From Heteronotia binoei (lineage: Eukaryota), in assembly GCF_032191835.1 (NCBI RefSeq), contig NC_083227.1, positions 26,908,001-26,972,000 on the forward strand: a DNA stretch of 64,000 bases, written 5' to 3'. Of this stretch, positions 1 to 12,214 are shown one piece after another; within the stretch, counting starts at the first letter, position 1, and every line of letters starts with the position of its first letter. The translations under genes were made by a program, and so were the position numbers. The notes below the pieces were generated by a model, which ran no database searches, was not told where the DNA came from, and saw nothing but the letters and a program-made list of their open reading frames with translations.

Positions 1-1450
1 GCTCTAAATAAAAATAAAAATTTCGGGAAAATAAAGGTTTTAATAATCTGAATTTTCTCATTCCACGGAATTAGAGAAGCATTCTTATTCTTCTGCAAGC
101 TAATTATATCATTATTCAAAAGATGATGATTGACTTTAAAAATGTCACTCAAGTTTATGGAGATATTCACCCCTAAATACGTCCAGACCTTGTCAATCTT
201 GTTAAAATGCTAATTGGAGTAAATAAAGTCTTGAAGAGCATTAGATATTACGATGGGATATAAAATGGATTTGGATGGATTAGATCTAAGCCCAGACATG
301 GAGGCAAATAGAGACAATAAATTTGCTATAGCCGGTAATGATTAATCAGGATTAGTAACAAAAAGTATCAAATCATCAGCAAGCAAAGAGAGTTTGATAT
401 GTTGATTATTGACAGGTATACCCACAAATTCAGGAGTGTTCTGGAGGGCATTGGCCAATGGCCAGGGTTCGAAAGAGGACAGCCCTGTCTGGTGCTATGA
501 GAGAACTGAAATTCCTCTGAATCTAAATTGTTAACATGGATAATAGCCGACAGGGAGTGATATAGGGCACGAATGATTTTGATAAACACCGGGCCAAATT
601 CCATTTTTTCCAACAAAGTAATAAGGTAAGGGACTTCAACGGAATCAAAGGCTTCCTCAAAATCAATTGATTAGATAAAAGAGGAGTCAACACTGAATTT
701 CTTACAATACTGTATAATATTAAGTACCTTTCTGGTGTTGTCCGTTAATCCACGTTTTGGAATGAATTCAGACTGATCTGGATGGATATGATTTGTGATG
801 GATGTATTAAGATGTGAGACTAAAACCGCTGTAAAAATGTTATAATCACAGCTGAGAAGCGAAATAGGTCTATAGAAACTGGGTTCTAACAAGTCTTTGC
901 CTTTCTTGGGAAGAACTATAATTTTTGCTTGTGACCACGTAGCAGGGAAATTATTCAAATTCACAAATTGATTACAAAAAGCTAGAGTAGGAGCCAACAA
1001 GGTATTAAAAAAATTGTAAAATTCGGGAATAAATCCGTCCTGGCCTGGTGATTTATTGGGTTTTAAGGATTTAATAGTCTCTTGGATTTCAAGTGCAGTA
1101 AACAGTCGATCTAAGAAGGTTCTAATCGCCGAAGAAATTGGTTTAAGTTTGGAATGAGTATCTAAAAAAGAGTTAATGAGGTCAGGTGAGGGATGTCGAG
1201 ACAAGTACAAAGCAGAGTAATATTTTTTGAAGACCCCTACCATATCTTTGGCTGAATATTTCAAGGAGCCAGATTTAGTCCGAATAGAAGGAACTGCCAT
1301 CGAAGTTAACCTCTTTTTTACCTTCCACAAAAGAAGTTTAAGACATTCAGGGGTTCGAAACCAGTACTTTTGCTTAACTAATGCAATTTGTTTCTGAATG
1401 TCAGAGATCTCAAGCAACTCTAATTTTTTCCTTTCAATAAGTGTTTCTGA
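1..1450 (-). mobile_element. L1-clade LINE ORF2 reverse-transcriptase fragment, disrupted by stops
   Basis: ORFs 671-1417 and 368-616 carry KSPGQDGF, YRPISLL, HPDQ.FIP.R and RQGCPLS RT motifs, with a stop between the segments. Confidence 0.9.
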
Positions 1451-1457
1451 CTCTGGG

Positions 1458-1668
1458 GTGATGTCACTATCACAATGTTTTCACAGCAGACTTTTTAGGG
1501 GGTGGTTTGCCCTTGCCTCCCCCGTCATCCATGCTCCCCCCCCCCGAAAGTTGGGTACTCATTTTACTGACCTCAGAAGGATGGAAGGCTGAGTCAACCT
1601 CGAGCCGGCAACTCAGGTCGTGAGCAGAGCTCGGACTGCAGTACCGCAGCTTTACCACTCTGCGCCAT
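1458..1668 (-). mobile_element. Sauria SINE (partial)
   Basis: tRNA-like head TGGCGCAGAGTGGTAAAGCTGC and body GGTTGACTCAGCCTTCCATCC on the minus strand; similar to copies at 14.2k and 61.9-62.8k. Confidence 0.8.
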
Positions 1669-3074
1669 GGGCATACAGACTAACACAGCTACCCATCTTG
1701 ATCTGTATAAGATTATAGTGAAATTCTTTCAAGCACCCATACAGAGAGTGGAAGGGGTGAGGCAAAGGGGGTCTCTCTCTCTCTCTGATGTGGGGCAGTT
1801 TCAGATGGGTAGTTGTGTTGGTCTGCCATAGAAGAGCAAAATGTAGGGCAGTGGATCTGCCACCTTACAGGGTCTTTCTCTTCCCCTCAACAGATGTGCG
1901 GATTGTCTATTGGGCAGCAAAGCAAATCTGACACAAATGCCAGGACTGCCCCAATCCAAAGGAAACCAACCTCAGAGAATTTCTCACTGCCCTGGTATGT
2001 AGGGAGCATGGAAGGATATGAATCCATCCAGAGAAAAAGGGAGGGCAGATGAACAGGTGTGACTCTGAGCATTATTTTCACGTCTGCTGCTGCTACCAGG
2101 GGAATTTCACTTACAGGAGAGTATTATTTCAGGAGGGCAAATGGCAAAACCTACCTTTTGCCTCGCTCAGCACCTGCAAGAAGCAAATGTTCAGAGAGGC
2201 CAGGGGCACTCAGGTGGGGAGCTGCCCCCCAATTGGATCAGCTTAATTGTGAAAGAGTCACATGTGGCTCCTGAGCCACAGTTTGGACATCCCAGTTCTG
2301 GAGGGATACTTGCATTTGCCTTGAGTGGGGCGAGGGGAGGGCACTGTGTGAGAATGCAAGCACTTTGGGGCTACTAGTGGGGGATGGGGCACAGGGTTGC
2401 CAGACCCAGGTTGGGAAACTCCTGGAGATTTGGGAACAGAGCCTGAGGAGAACAGGGACCTCAGTGGGGTACAATGCCATAGAATCCACTCTCCAAAGCT
2501 TCCATTTTATCCAGGGGAACTGATCTCTGGAGGTGAGCAGTAATTCTGGGGGGATCCCCAGGTCCTGCCTGGAGGCTGGCATCCCTAGGGGATGTGGGAG
2601 GAGCTGGACCCAGAGGGAACACAGGCCTGCCAGGATGAAGGGGAAAGTTAAAGGAGGGCGTTTTCATTTCCCCTAATTTCCTGCCTTCCCACCATTGGAG
2701 ACACCTTCTTGCTCCCTCCTGCACGCTCCAAGCACCTCCCCATTCAGATCTGGATGAACAACAGCGATGCTTTTGCTATTAGGATCGGATAAATATTATT
2801 ACCTGGGGATTCCTCAACCCCCCCCCCCCTAAAAAAAGCAGGGTACCTGGAGTGTTTTCATCTCCTGAGGCCAGCCCCTCTCCACCCTCTCTTGCACTGC
2901 AGAAGAATGCAAAGCGGACCCCCCCTCCCGTTAGCAGAAAGGGGGGGGAGCCCGGCTGCCCTCTCTAGGAAGCGAAACTCTGTAGATTTAACCCTCCCTC
3001 TGATGCAGTGCGGATGAGCAGCTGAAAAAGGCTCCATGGGTCTCCTGGACAAGTTCCAGCCAGAAAGCAAGAAG

Positions 3075-3990
3075 AGGGGATGTGTCTCTACCAATGTTGC
3101 CTCTTAAAGCTGAGTGAGTGTGAGCTAGCTCACAATTTTTTAGCCTCCAGCTCACCCATTTTTGTCTCCACTCAGGAAAAATGGCCCTAGAGCAAACTAA
3201 TTGATGCAGTGAGCTCACAACTTTAATGTCAGTAACTCACAAAGTAGAATTTTTACTCACAAGACCTCACAGCTTAGAGCAAGGGTGTCAAATGTGCGGT
3301 TTTGGGGCTGAATCAGGCCCTTGGAGGGCCCCCAATCGGCCCCCAAGCAACTGGCTGTCATCTGCTTCCTTCTCCCTACATCTTGCTTCCTTCTGTATAA
3401 CAGCTTGTTTTGTAAGGCTTGCTCAATTGCTCCATTGGCTGAGGCTCCTCCCTTGGGGAGGAAGGAGAGGAGACAGAGCTTGTTTCTCCAGGCTCTCTCA
3501 GTCGCATAGCCAAGCCTCTCTTCCTTCTATGGGCTGAGGCTCCTCCCCTCCCAATCCCCTGGGGAAGGAAGGAAAGAGCCAGAGCTTCCTTTGCCCAATG
3601 GGAGAAATACAAAGAAAGCACCTTTAAGACTGAGTGCTAACGTTTTAAGCATGTAGATAGATCCCAGTAGGCAGCCGTGTTGGTCTGAAGCAATAGAACA
3701 AAGCAGTAGACAAGTGCACCTTTAAGAATTGTGTCCATTCCCATATGTCTGATGAAGTCTGCTTGAGAGCATATGAAATCTTACATTCTGAATAAAACTT
3801 AGTTGGTCTTAAAGGTGCACTTGTCTACTGCTTTGTTTTAAGCATGTTTTAAGTTTTTAAAATATATATATCTAATTGTATTTGCCTGTTCTTTATAAAG
3901 TTTATATCTCTGCTATCTGATCTTAAACAGGTACACACATGGCCTGGCCCAACATGGCCCAACCTCAAAATCGCCTGGCCCAACCCAACA
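3075..3990 (+). mobile_element. adjacent non-autonomous hAT-like DNA elements with a nested Penelope-like fragment
   Basis: TIR-like ends (GGGTGTCAAA ... TTCGACACCCCTG); related copies at 33.3-34.3k (inverted) and 47.4-47.6k. Confidence 0.55.
3655..3836 (+). mobile_element. Penelope-like element terminal fragment with hammerhead-ribozyme motif (3745-3786)
   Basis: ATGT-CTGATGA-A-stemII-GAAA-TCTT-ACAT within an internally inverted fragment. Confidence 0.6.
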
Positions 3991-4738
3991 AGGTCTCATT
4001 TATGTCGGATACGGCCCTCAAAACAAATGAGTTCGACACCCCTGGCTTAGAGGGAACCTTAGTCTCTATCCCCCAACCTGGAAATATATGGGGAGATTTT
4101 TTTTTTTTAAATGAGAATTGGGCATTCAGAGAATGGGGTGCAGCAATCACTCCAGTGCTGACTTTACAAAAGAAATTCTGAAAGGAGAGAATCACTTGCA
4201 GGGAATTGGGGCAGGGAAACCTGCCGATAGGGAGGTGGAAATCTTGCTGGTGCTGTGCTTTTTCTGCACCGGCAACAGGGAAAGCACAAAATCCCGTCCT
4301 CCGGGCTATAGTTGCCGGATCTGGCTTGGGAAATTCCTGGAGATTAGTGTGAGGGGGGGGAAGGAATGGAAACCGTGGAAGGCGGGATTTGGGGAAGGTA
4401 GGGATACCAAGAAAAATCCAGTAGCACCTTAAAGACCAACAAAATCTTGTGGCAAATTTCGTTAGTCTTTTAAGGTGTTACTGGACTCTTGCTCTTTTCT
4501 AGTGTAGACAGTACGGTAGATAGTAGTTGTTCTATTACTGTCTGCTGCAGTCAGGCTAGCACAGCTGCTCATCTTGAACAGTTGTGATTTGGGCAGATCC
4601 CCAGGTTCCACCTGGAGGTTAACCATCCTACGCACCCAGCAACAAATTGCAAGAAGTCAACAGATTTTTTCCACCCTACATCGACTCTCTTGTACGTCCT
4701 GTTGACCACAGCTGCTTCATAATCCATGGAGCTCTCAT

Positions 4739-5424
4739 AAGAACATAAGAGAAGCCATGTTAGATCAGGCCAATGGCCCATCCAGTCCAACACTCTGTGT
4801 CACACAGTGGCCAAATTTTTTTTATATACACACACACACACACACTGTGGCTAATAGCCACTGATGGACCTCTGCTCCATATTTTTATCTAAACCCCTCT
4901 TGAAGGTGGCTATGCTTGTGGCCGCCACCACCTCCTGTGGCAGTGAATTCCACATGTTAATCACCCTTTGGGTGAAGAAGTACTTCCTTTTATCTGTTTT
5001 AACTTGTTTGCTCAGCAATTTCATCGAATGTCCACGAGTTCTTGTATTGTGAGAAAGGGAGATAAGTACTTCTTTCTCTACTTTCTCCATCCCATGCATT
5101 ATCTTGTAAACCTCTATCATGTCACCCCGCAGTCGACGTTTCTCCAAGCTAAAGAGTCCCAAGCGTTTCAACCTTTCTTCATAGGGAAAGTGTTCCAGCC
5201 CTTTAATCATTCTAGTTGCACTTTTCTGGACTTTCTCCAATGCTATAATATCCTTTTTGAGGTGCGGCGACCAGAACTGCACACCGTATTCCAAATGAGA
5301 CTGCACCATCGATTTATACAGGGGCATTATGATACTGGCTGATTTGTTTTCAATTCCCTTCCTAATAATTCCCAGCATGGCGTTGGCCTTTTTTATTGCA
5401 AACGCACACGGTCTTGACATTTTG
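4739..5424 (-). mobile_element. CR1 LINE 3' end (RT C-terminus and tail)
   Basis: ORF 4851-5492 has HLEYGVQFWSPH, LFSLEKRRLRGD and FFTQRVINMWNSLP; (TTCTTATG)-type tail. Confidence 0.92.
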
Positions 5425-5449
5425 AGTTTGTCTTGACAGTTTGAGGTTG

Positions 5450-5580
5450 TGATCACACACACAAAACAGTGCACTGTCAGTGCACGTTCCAACTGGATTT
5501 TGCCAGTTCACGCAGTAAAATCCAGTTGGAAAGTGTATTGAAACTGGATTGAACGTGCATTATTTAGTGTGTGTGATTGT
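5450..5580. mobile_element. short palindromic MITE
   Basis: TTCCAACTGGATTTT / AAAATCCAGTTGGAA exact inverted repeat plus imperfect outer arms. Confidence 0.6.
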
Positions 5581-7348
5581 AGTTCTGCAATTGCTGACGT
5601 AGATCTCAGCGGACATGGATCGAGATGGGTCTCCATGTTAGTCTGTCTGTAGAAGCAGAAAAGATCAAGAGCCCTGTGGCACCTAAAAGACTAACAACAT
5701 TTGTGGCAGGGAAAGAGTTTTTGTGAGTCACCTCTCCCTTCTTCAGATACAGCCAGAATGTGAGTCCATCTGTCCTATATATGTAAAAGTGGAGCAATTT
5801 CGGACGCCAAATGACATTAGAAGGAAATGACAATAGCAGGCATGATTGGACGAGGTGTAATATGCAGGGGGTACTACTAACTCTTGGCTCTCTTCTACTG
5901 CTGCAGGCCTCAGCAAACAGGGATGATGCTCTGGAAGCAAGGTCTCCTTCGGCTATGCAGGGGCCCAGCCATTTAAAGGCCAAACTAGAAGTGACAGGCC
6001 CAGTCTGTGGATGGTGCCCTTTTCATAGAATTGGAAGGGACCCCCGGGGTCATCTAATCCTAGAGCTGCCAAGCTCACGCCAGGGACGGGGCATCCTCTG
6101 CCCAGGAGGGCCCCAACCCACTGGCAGGGAGTAGACCGCTGGGGGGATCCCCACCCCCAAAGAGCCCCGCCGGCATGTGTTGTCCCTAGCATGATAATGT
6201 CACCCAGAAGTGATGTCATTGGGCCAGGGACGTCGTGCCAGGGATGTTTTAGGACTCATGCTAAAAACTCTATGATGCTATAGAGTTTTTAGCACAAGTC
6301 CTAGAGCTTTTTTGGTCTGAGGAAACAAATGAAAAGCAATGTACACAAATGAAACCTCACGTGACCTATGCGCATTAGGTTTTGTTTGTGTACACTGTAC
6401 AATTTTATCTTGTACTGAGGCTATAGTTGGGCCCATAACAGTTTTTAAATTATCCTGTAATAAATACATGTTTAAAAAAATAATTTTGCATTATTGATAT
6501 GTTTATGTTGGAGAATCAAATGCCAGCAAAGACAGCTGGCTGATGGTCTATCAGTAGAATCCCAGTAGATTGCCAACATTGTCTTGGGAGACTCCTGGAG
6601 ATTTGGGGACAGTGTCTGAGGAGCTCAGTGCGGATGGAATGCCAGAGTGTCCACCCTCCGAAGTTGCCCTTTTTCTCCAGGGGAACTGATTTTTGTAGTC
6701 CGGAAATCAGCTGTAATTCCAGGAGATCTCCAGGCCCTTCCTGGAAGCTGTGCAACAAAAAGAATCTCATGGAAAGGAGAACTGGAGATTAAGAGTGATG
6801 CTCCGTGTAACCCCCCCCCCCCTCCCTCACACCCAATGTCGATTTCTTTCAATAAAGAACAGAGAATCACTTGCAATGGCTCAATTTTTTTTTTTCTTAT
6901 TTTATATGCACAAAAATGCTCACAGGTACAAAAATAGTTGAAAGTAGCCCATGCCTTACACAAACTTCACAAGACTTGGTTTCCTTCCCCCAACAATGTG
7001 GCTTACAATTATATCTTTCAGTTTTGCAGCCAATACTTCTCAATATTCAAAATGCATACAAACAGCAACAGGCCTTTTGCTGGGCAGGTTTTTTCCTAAG
7101 CTTCCGCTCCTTCTCTACATACAACTTTTCTCCCATTTCTCAAAGACAGTCTCTGTTTTCCTCACAATATTTTCACACACAAGAAAAAAGTCTTTGGGAA
7201 ATGGGAGAAAAGTTGTATATAGAGAAGGAGCCCCTGGCTCTGGGATTCAGAGATTTAGTACCTCTGAATGTGGAGATGACTCTCGGTCACCACGGCTAGT
7301 AACCATAGATAGACCTATCCAGGGCCGGCCTGCCCACTAGGCAAACTA

Positions 7349-7884
7349 TAAGAAACAATGGCGACACAGTATCAGTGAGATATCCAAAAACAACTGTGTC
7401 AAAAATACCAAACTCTTAATACAAAATGCAAAAATTGTATCTATTATGAGAGTGCATAAGCATCCAAAACACACAGGAGTATTAAAAATATATTAGTCCA
7501 ATAAGCAAAGTCCCATGCAGAAACATTCCATTTCATAGGGTGACTCCAAAGCAATTCATCAATCTTCTTAGAGTAGAATACTTCAAAGTAATCCAGCAGC
7601 GCGGAGTCCTCCCACTGGTGTCGGCTTCCAAAGGGAAATTCACCTTCACGTGATCACCGGCTTGCCACCACGTTCCGCTGCGATGCAGCTTCTTCATAAA
7701 CCAACTCATAAAGTCATCCTGACAAGTCCTCCTACACGCCCATTTTCAGGATTAAGAATACTGAAATTCTTAATACACCAGCCTCATGTTTGTTTTGGAT
7801 GCTTATGCACTCTCATAATAGATACAATTTTTGCATTTTGTGTTAAGTATTTGGTATTTTTGGCACAGTTGTTTTTGGATAGCT
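7349..7884. mobile_element. Penelope-like insertion with ~105-bp inverted arms, a hammerhead relic and a 14-bp target duplication
   Basis: arms 7374-7477 and 7782-7888 are reverse complements; CACTAGGCAAACTA at 7335-7348 and 7885-7898. Confidence 0.6.
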
Positions 7885-8672
7885 CACTAGGCAAACTAGG
7901 CATTTGCCTAAGACACCAACAGGGCGGGGGTGCTGGATCAGGCCCATTGGTTTTTCACATCCTGCCTCCCACCAGAGGCCAGCCAGAACCAAGTCAGCTT
8001 GTCTCAGAATTGATCAGGGGTTTGGACATATTTGATCTGTTTGATGACCTGTAAGAATGGAACACTGAAAATCACAAATCTGTTTGCAATTCAGGCCAGG
8101 CCTGTGGGGTTTTTTTTATTTAAGGCCACATCTTGGACCTGATGTCACAGGTGAAGTGGGTAGATAGTGATTTCAACAATAAAACTTTGAATTGGCCATT
8201 GTCTCAAGTGCCAAAATGTCCTCTTGCCCTTGCACTAATACCATCCAGAAGGATTGTGTACATTTGTGGGCTTTTACACAATAAAACTTCAAATCCATCA
8301 TTTCCTCAGGTGTCAACACATCCTCTTCCTCTTGCGTTGATACCTTCTGGACAAAACAGGTGAGCAAATTCCTGCTGGAGCACAAACGCTGAACTCTTCA
8401 CAAACAACATTTTGCTGCGGACGCTGGGTCTGTTTCTGAGGGCAGGACCCACTTCAGGGGCTCGCTCTTGATCTGCTGAACAACAGGAGGAAGGCAACAC
8501 AATGGGACATCAATACAAGTGATAGCTTCTGTGTGAGGGCTTTTCTCTCCCTGCCCTCAAGGGCTCTTTTCACTATGAGGTAAAATATCGCATGGATTCA
8601 AATGGGAGCGGCAGCTTCTCTTTCCTTCCTCCTGGGGTTTTTGAAGGATGTCTTTCCCTCAGAGCGGGCTCC

Positions 8673-9508
8673 TTAAGTGCTGGCCTTGCCGTCGCTGTGA
8701 ATGCTCTGGTGCCGAATGAGGTGAGCCTTGCGGATGAAATCCCGCCCGCAGGCTGGACATTTGTAAGGCTTCACCCCAGCATGGATCCGCTTGTGGTTGA
8801 TCAGCCCAGAGCCAGAATGGAAGCGGCTCCCACACTGAGAACACTTGTAGGGCTTCTCCCCAGTGTGGGTTCTCTCGTGGACGGTAAGGAGGGAGTTGCG
8901 GCTAAAACACTTCCCACAGGACAGGCACTTGAAGGGCTTTTCCCCCGTGTGGCTTCTCTTATGGACAAGGAGGTGCGAACTCTGACTGAAGGTCTTCCCG
9001 CAGAAAGAGCATTTGTACGGCTTCTCTCCCGCATGGCTCCTCTGGTGATAAATGAGGCCTTGGCGGGAGTGGAAGCTGCTCCCGCACTGCGTACATTTGT
9101 AGGGTTTCTCCACGTCATGGGTCCGCTGGTGGAAGTGAAGGTGGGAACTCTTGCTGAAGGTTTTGCCGCAGATGGAACATTTATTGTACAGCTTATCCTG
9201 ACCAGGGGCGCTTTCTCCTTTGGAAAGGGCTGAGTTCTGTCGGACGCCTTCCACCAAAGCCCCGCTTGAGTTTTGCATCGGTGGCAACATGGTTTCATTG
9301 ACGGTCTTCTTGTTTGGTGTGGAAGAAATGGGGACCACTGGTCTGTTCCTGGTGCGGTTCCCTGGCTCAATCTTTGGCCTGTGCTGATTCTGAGGAATGG
9401 TTCCTGGCTCATGTTCAGGAAAACCACTCTCAGGGGCTCTTCTTTGGCATGTCCAGGCTGTTTCCACTTGCCTGGGTCTTTCCTGTTCATTGTTCACTTG
9501 GCTGTAAT
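8673..9508 (-). CDS. Gene A terminal exon: 6 C2H2 zinc fingers
   Basis: six C-X2-C-X12-H-X3-H units with TGEKP-type linkers; acceptor AG at 9509-9510, phase 1 (D-Y-S-Q start). Confidence 0.93.
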
Positions 9509-9554
9509 CTTAAGAATGAGAAGGAAGAAAAAGACTCTTGATGCCATATAGTAG

Positions 9555-9760
9555 CAAGGGAGGGGGTGTGGCTCAGTAGTAGAGCATCTGCTTGGCACCC
9601 CTCTGTGTGATTTAAATCAGTGGCTACCAACCTTTTTGTCACCAGGTTCCGGTTTCATGGAAGGTCCCAGGTTCAGTCCCCACCATCTCCAGTTACAGGA
9701 CTTCAGGTATTGGGAAGGATCCCTCTGTGCCTGAGGTTCCTAACTTAGTAGACAATCCTC
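9555..9760 (+). mobile_element. tRNA-derived SINE (Squam2/Anolis-SINE2-like), interrupted; other copies near 11130-11318, 24925-25145, 27185-27358, 41140-41280, 42748-42963 (minus)
   Basis: TGGCTCAGTAGTAGAGCATCTGCT A-box head and GGTCCCAGGTTCA B-box-like segment; dispersed copies. Confidence 0.6.
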
Positions 9761-9814
9761 ATCCACCCTTCTAGTTCAAAAACTGAAACTTGTGCATAAG
9801 ACTATCTACAGATA

Positions 9815-10060
9815 AGAACATAAGAGAAGCCATGTTGGATCAGGCCAATGGCCCATCCATTCCAACACTCTGTGTCACACAATGGCAAAAAAACCAGGTG
9901 CCATCAGGAGCTCCATCAGTGGGGCCAGGACACTAGAAGCCCTCCCACTGTGGCCCCCCTCCAAGCACCAAGAATACAGAGCATCACTGCCCCAGACAGA
10001 GAGTTCCAGCAATACACTGTGGCTAATAGCCTCTGATGGACCTCTGCTCAATATGTTTAT
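9815..10060 (-). mobile_element. CR1 3' UTR fragment
   Basis: ATAAGAACATAAGAGAAGCCATGTTGGATCAGG tail identical to the other CR1 copies. Confidence 0.85.
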
Positions 10061-10379
10061 CCCTTGCTGACTTGATTACGGGTTCAGTAGTATGCCGGAC
10101 AACAGGGCCAGTGTAAGGCTTCTTGGGCTGTAAGGCCCCCCCAGCCCTCCTGCCCTGACTTCCTGCCTCACTGCCCTTCCTCCCGCCCTCCCTTGCTTTT
10201 CCCCCTGTGGCCCCACCATAACGGCCTCTGCCTCCTCCTTCTTAGGTGCAAGGGTGAAAGCTGGGAGGGTGGGGGCCGCCCCTTCCCTCCCGGGTGATTT
10301 AAATCAGGGGTCCCCAACCACCAGGCCGTGGACCAGTACCAGGCTGTGGCCTGCTAGCAACCAGGCCGTGGAGCGAGGC

Positions 10380-10920
10380 AGAGGCACTACACTGGCCACG
10401 CCCACTTGGAACCCAGGTGGACAAAAGTGCAGTGCAGCCTCACTCCGAGGCAGGGAGGCACCGTCGGAATGAGGCCACACCAACTCTTTTGTCCACCCGA
10501 GTCCCAGGCCAGTAGAAGAGGCAGCGCTGCTGCAACCTTAGCTCAACAATCTCCATTCCTTGGACAGTGGTTGACTGCTTGTGAGTTGCACACGCTCCTG
10601 TTTGTTTTGTTAGCTCTGGGGGCGTTGTCCCGGCAGCCCGACTTTGCAAGAGACTCTGATTTTAATGAGCACCTCTCCCCCATCTGTATTTTGCTGTGGA
10701 GTTTTAATGTGACTATTTGCTTACAGGACTGGCCGTCCGTTGCAATGGGAGTTTTGTTTTTGTTTTAATATTATCTTCTCTCTAATAAACTGTGTTGGAC
10801 TTTAAGTGAAGACCCTGGTGTGGAACAGCATTATTTCCAAGTACGTCTTTCCCCTGGAATCGAACCCTAAATCAGAAGGGCTTGACCTTTGAGGGAGCAA
10901 CCCCCGTGAAGATAAAACAG
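10380..10920 (+). mobile_element. possible solo LTR
   Basis: AATAAA at ~10783 followed by a U5-like stretch ending ...ACA; no internal ORF, TSD not resolved. Confidence 0.3.
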
Positions 10921-11330
10921 ACTGAATTTTGTCTGCCTGGATGCTGAGCAGGCTTAATTGCTGGTGGGAGAGAGCTGGGGAGAGGCTCTGAACTCACACA
11001 GGAAGGTGCGATAGAAATTGATTGATTGAATGAATCAATCAATCAATCAATGGTCGTATAGTGTGCATGGCTAAGAATATTTCCCCAAATTCTACTGATA
11101 AAAGCTGGCTGAAACTGCTTCTGAAACATGAACCCATGAATCTGTCTGAATGATGAACCCTTGGTCCATCAGCATTCAGTATTGTCTACTCAGGCTGGCA
11201 GCAACTCCCCAGGGTCTCAGGCAGAGGTCTTTCACACCACCTACTGTTTGATCCTTTAAACTGGAGATGCCAGGGATTGAACCTGGAACCTTCTGCATGC
11301 TCTATCACTGTGCCACGGCATGTTACTCAG

Positions 11331-11508
11331 GGCTTTTTTTTGTTGCAGGAACTCCTTTGCCTATTAGGCCACACACCCCTGATGTAGCCAATCCTCCAGG
11401 AGCTTAGAGGGCTCTTCTTACAGGGCCTAATGTAACCTCCAGGAGGATTAGCTGCATCAGGGGTGTGTGGCCTAATATGCAAAGGAGTTCCTGCTACAAA
11501 AAAAGCCC
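11331..11508. mobile_element. ~180-bp palindromic MITE; copies at ~15945-16110, 31908-32085, 38775-39312 (split) and 42580-42725
   Basis: GGGCTTTTTTT..CAGGAACTCCTTTGC.TATTAGGCCACAC arms in inverted orientation. Confidence 0.8.
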
Positions 11509-11556
11509 ACTGTTACTCCCATTCTGCAATCAGTCCTTTGGCTGCCCAGCAGTTAC

Positions 11557-11683
11557 CTAAGAGGCTGCTCTCGCTTTCTCTCTCCTGCTTGGCTTCCCTG
11601 CGAGGCTGGCTGTGGCTGGGATCCAAGGGAGCAGTCTCCACCTCTGGAAAACGCTTCTCTCCCTCCTCCGATGGTATCAGCTC
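11557..11683 (-). CDS. Gene A internal linker exon (127 nt, ELIPSEEGEK...ESSLLG), possibly a decayed KRAB-A
   Basis: ttttcAG acceptor and G|GTAACT donor; phase 0 to 1 bridges the SCAN and ZNF exons exactly (1695 nt total, 564 aa). Confidence 0.75.
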
Positions 11684-11950
11684 CTGAAAACAGTCATCAA
11701 GGTCCAGTTTTAGCAAGAACAGAACCACGAGGACAGAACAGCAGATTCAACCGATCAAAGTAATCACCTATTTGGCCCAGCGCACTGTTTCCAACAGAGG
11801 ACAGTTGGATGCTTCTGAAAAGCCCACAAACGGCACAAATGAGGGTTGCCAATTCCAGGCTGGAAAATTCCTGGAGATTTGGAGATGGAAAATGGGGAGA
11901 GGAAGGATTTGGGAAGGGGAGGGACCTGGACTGGGTACAATACCATACAG

Positions 11951-12179
11951 TAGGGGTGGCCAAACTGTGGCTTGGGAGCCACATCTGGCTCTTTCACACG
12001 TATGTGGCTCTTGAAGTCCCCACCATCCCACTGGCCAGCTTGGACAATGGTTTCTTTCCACCTCTTCCTCCCTCTCCATCTATTTTCCTTCCTTCCTCCC
12101 TCCCTCCCGTCTTGTGGCTCTCAAACATCTGATGTTTATTCTATGTGGCTCTTACATTAAGCAAGTTTGGCCACCCCTG
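11951..12179 (+). mobile_element. hAT (Charlie/Buster-type) MITE with AGGGGTGGCCAAAC TIRs
   Basis: terminal inverted repeats; degenerate 8-bp TSD (CCATACAG/CCTTAGAG). Confidence 0.75.
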
Positions 12180-12214
12180 CCTTAGAGGAATGTTACAAGG
12201 ATCAAGCTACAGCC

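Noticed and set aside
2790-3000. weak CpG patch with donor-like sites as first exon of a further paralog
   Set aside because: Too few CpGs and no downstream SCAN exon inside the window
8306-8477. extra exon after gene A's stop (good polypyrimidine tract and NAGNAG acceptor)
   Set aside because: No matching donor or domain; could be chance within the 3' UTR
8592-9233. plus-strand ORFs opposite the ZNF and SCAN exons (also 13085-13690, 25195-25797, 25822-26361, 32258-32921, 43813-44157)
   Set aside because: Antisense shadows of GC-rich coding exons, with no independent domain signal
9555-9680. tRNA genes at SINE heads
   Set aside because: A/B-box-like heads run into SINE bodies, with no complete cloverleaf
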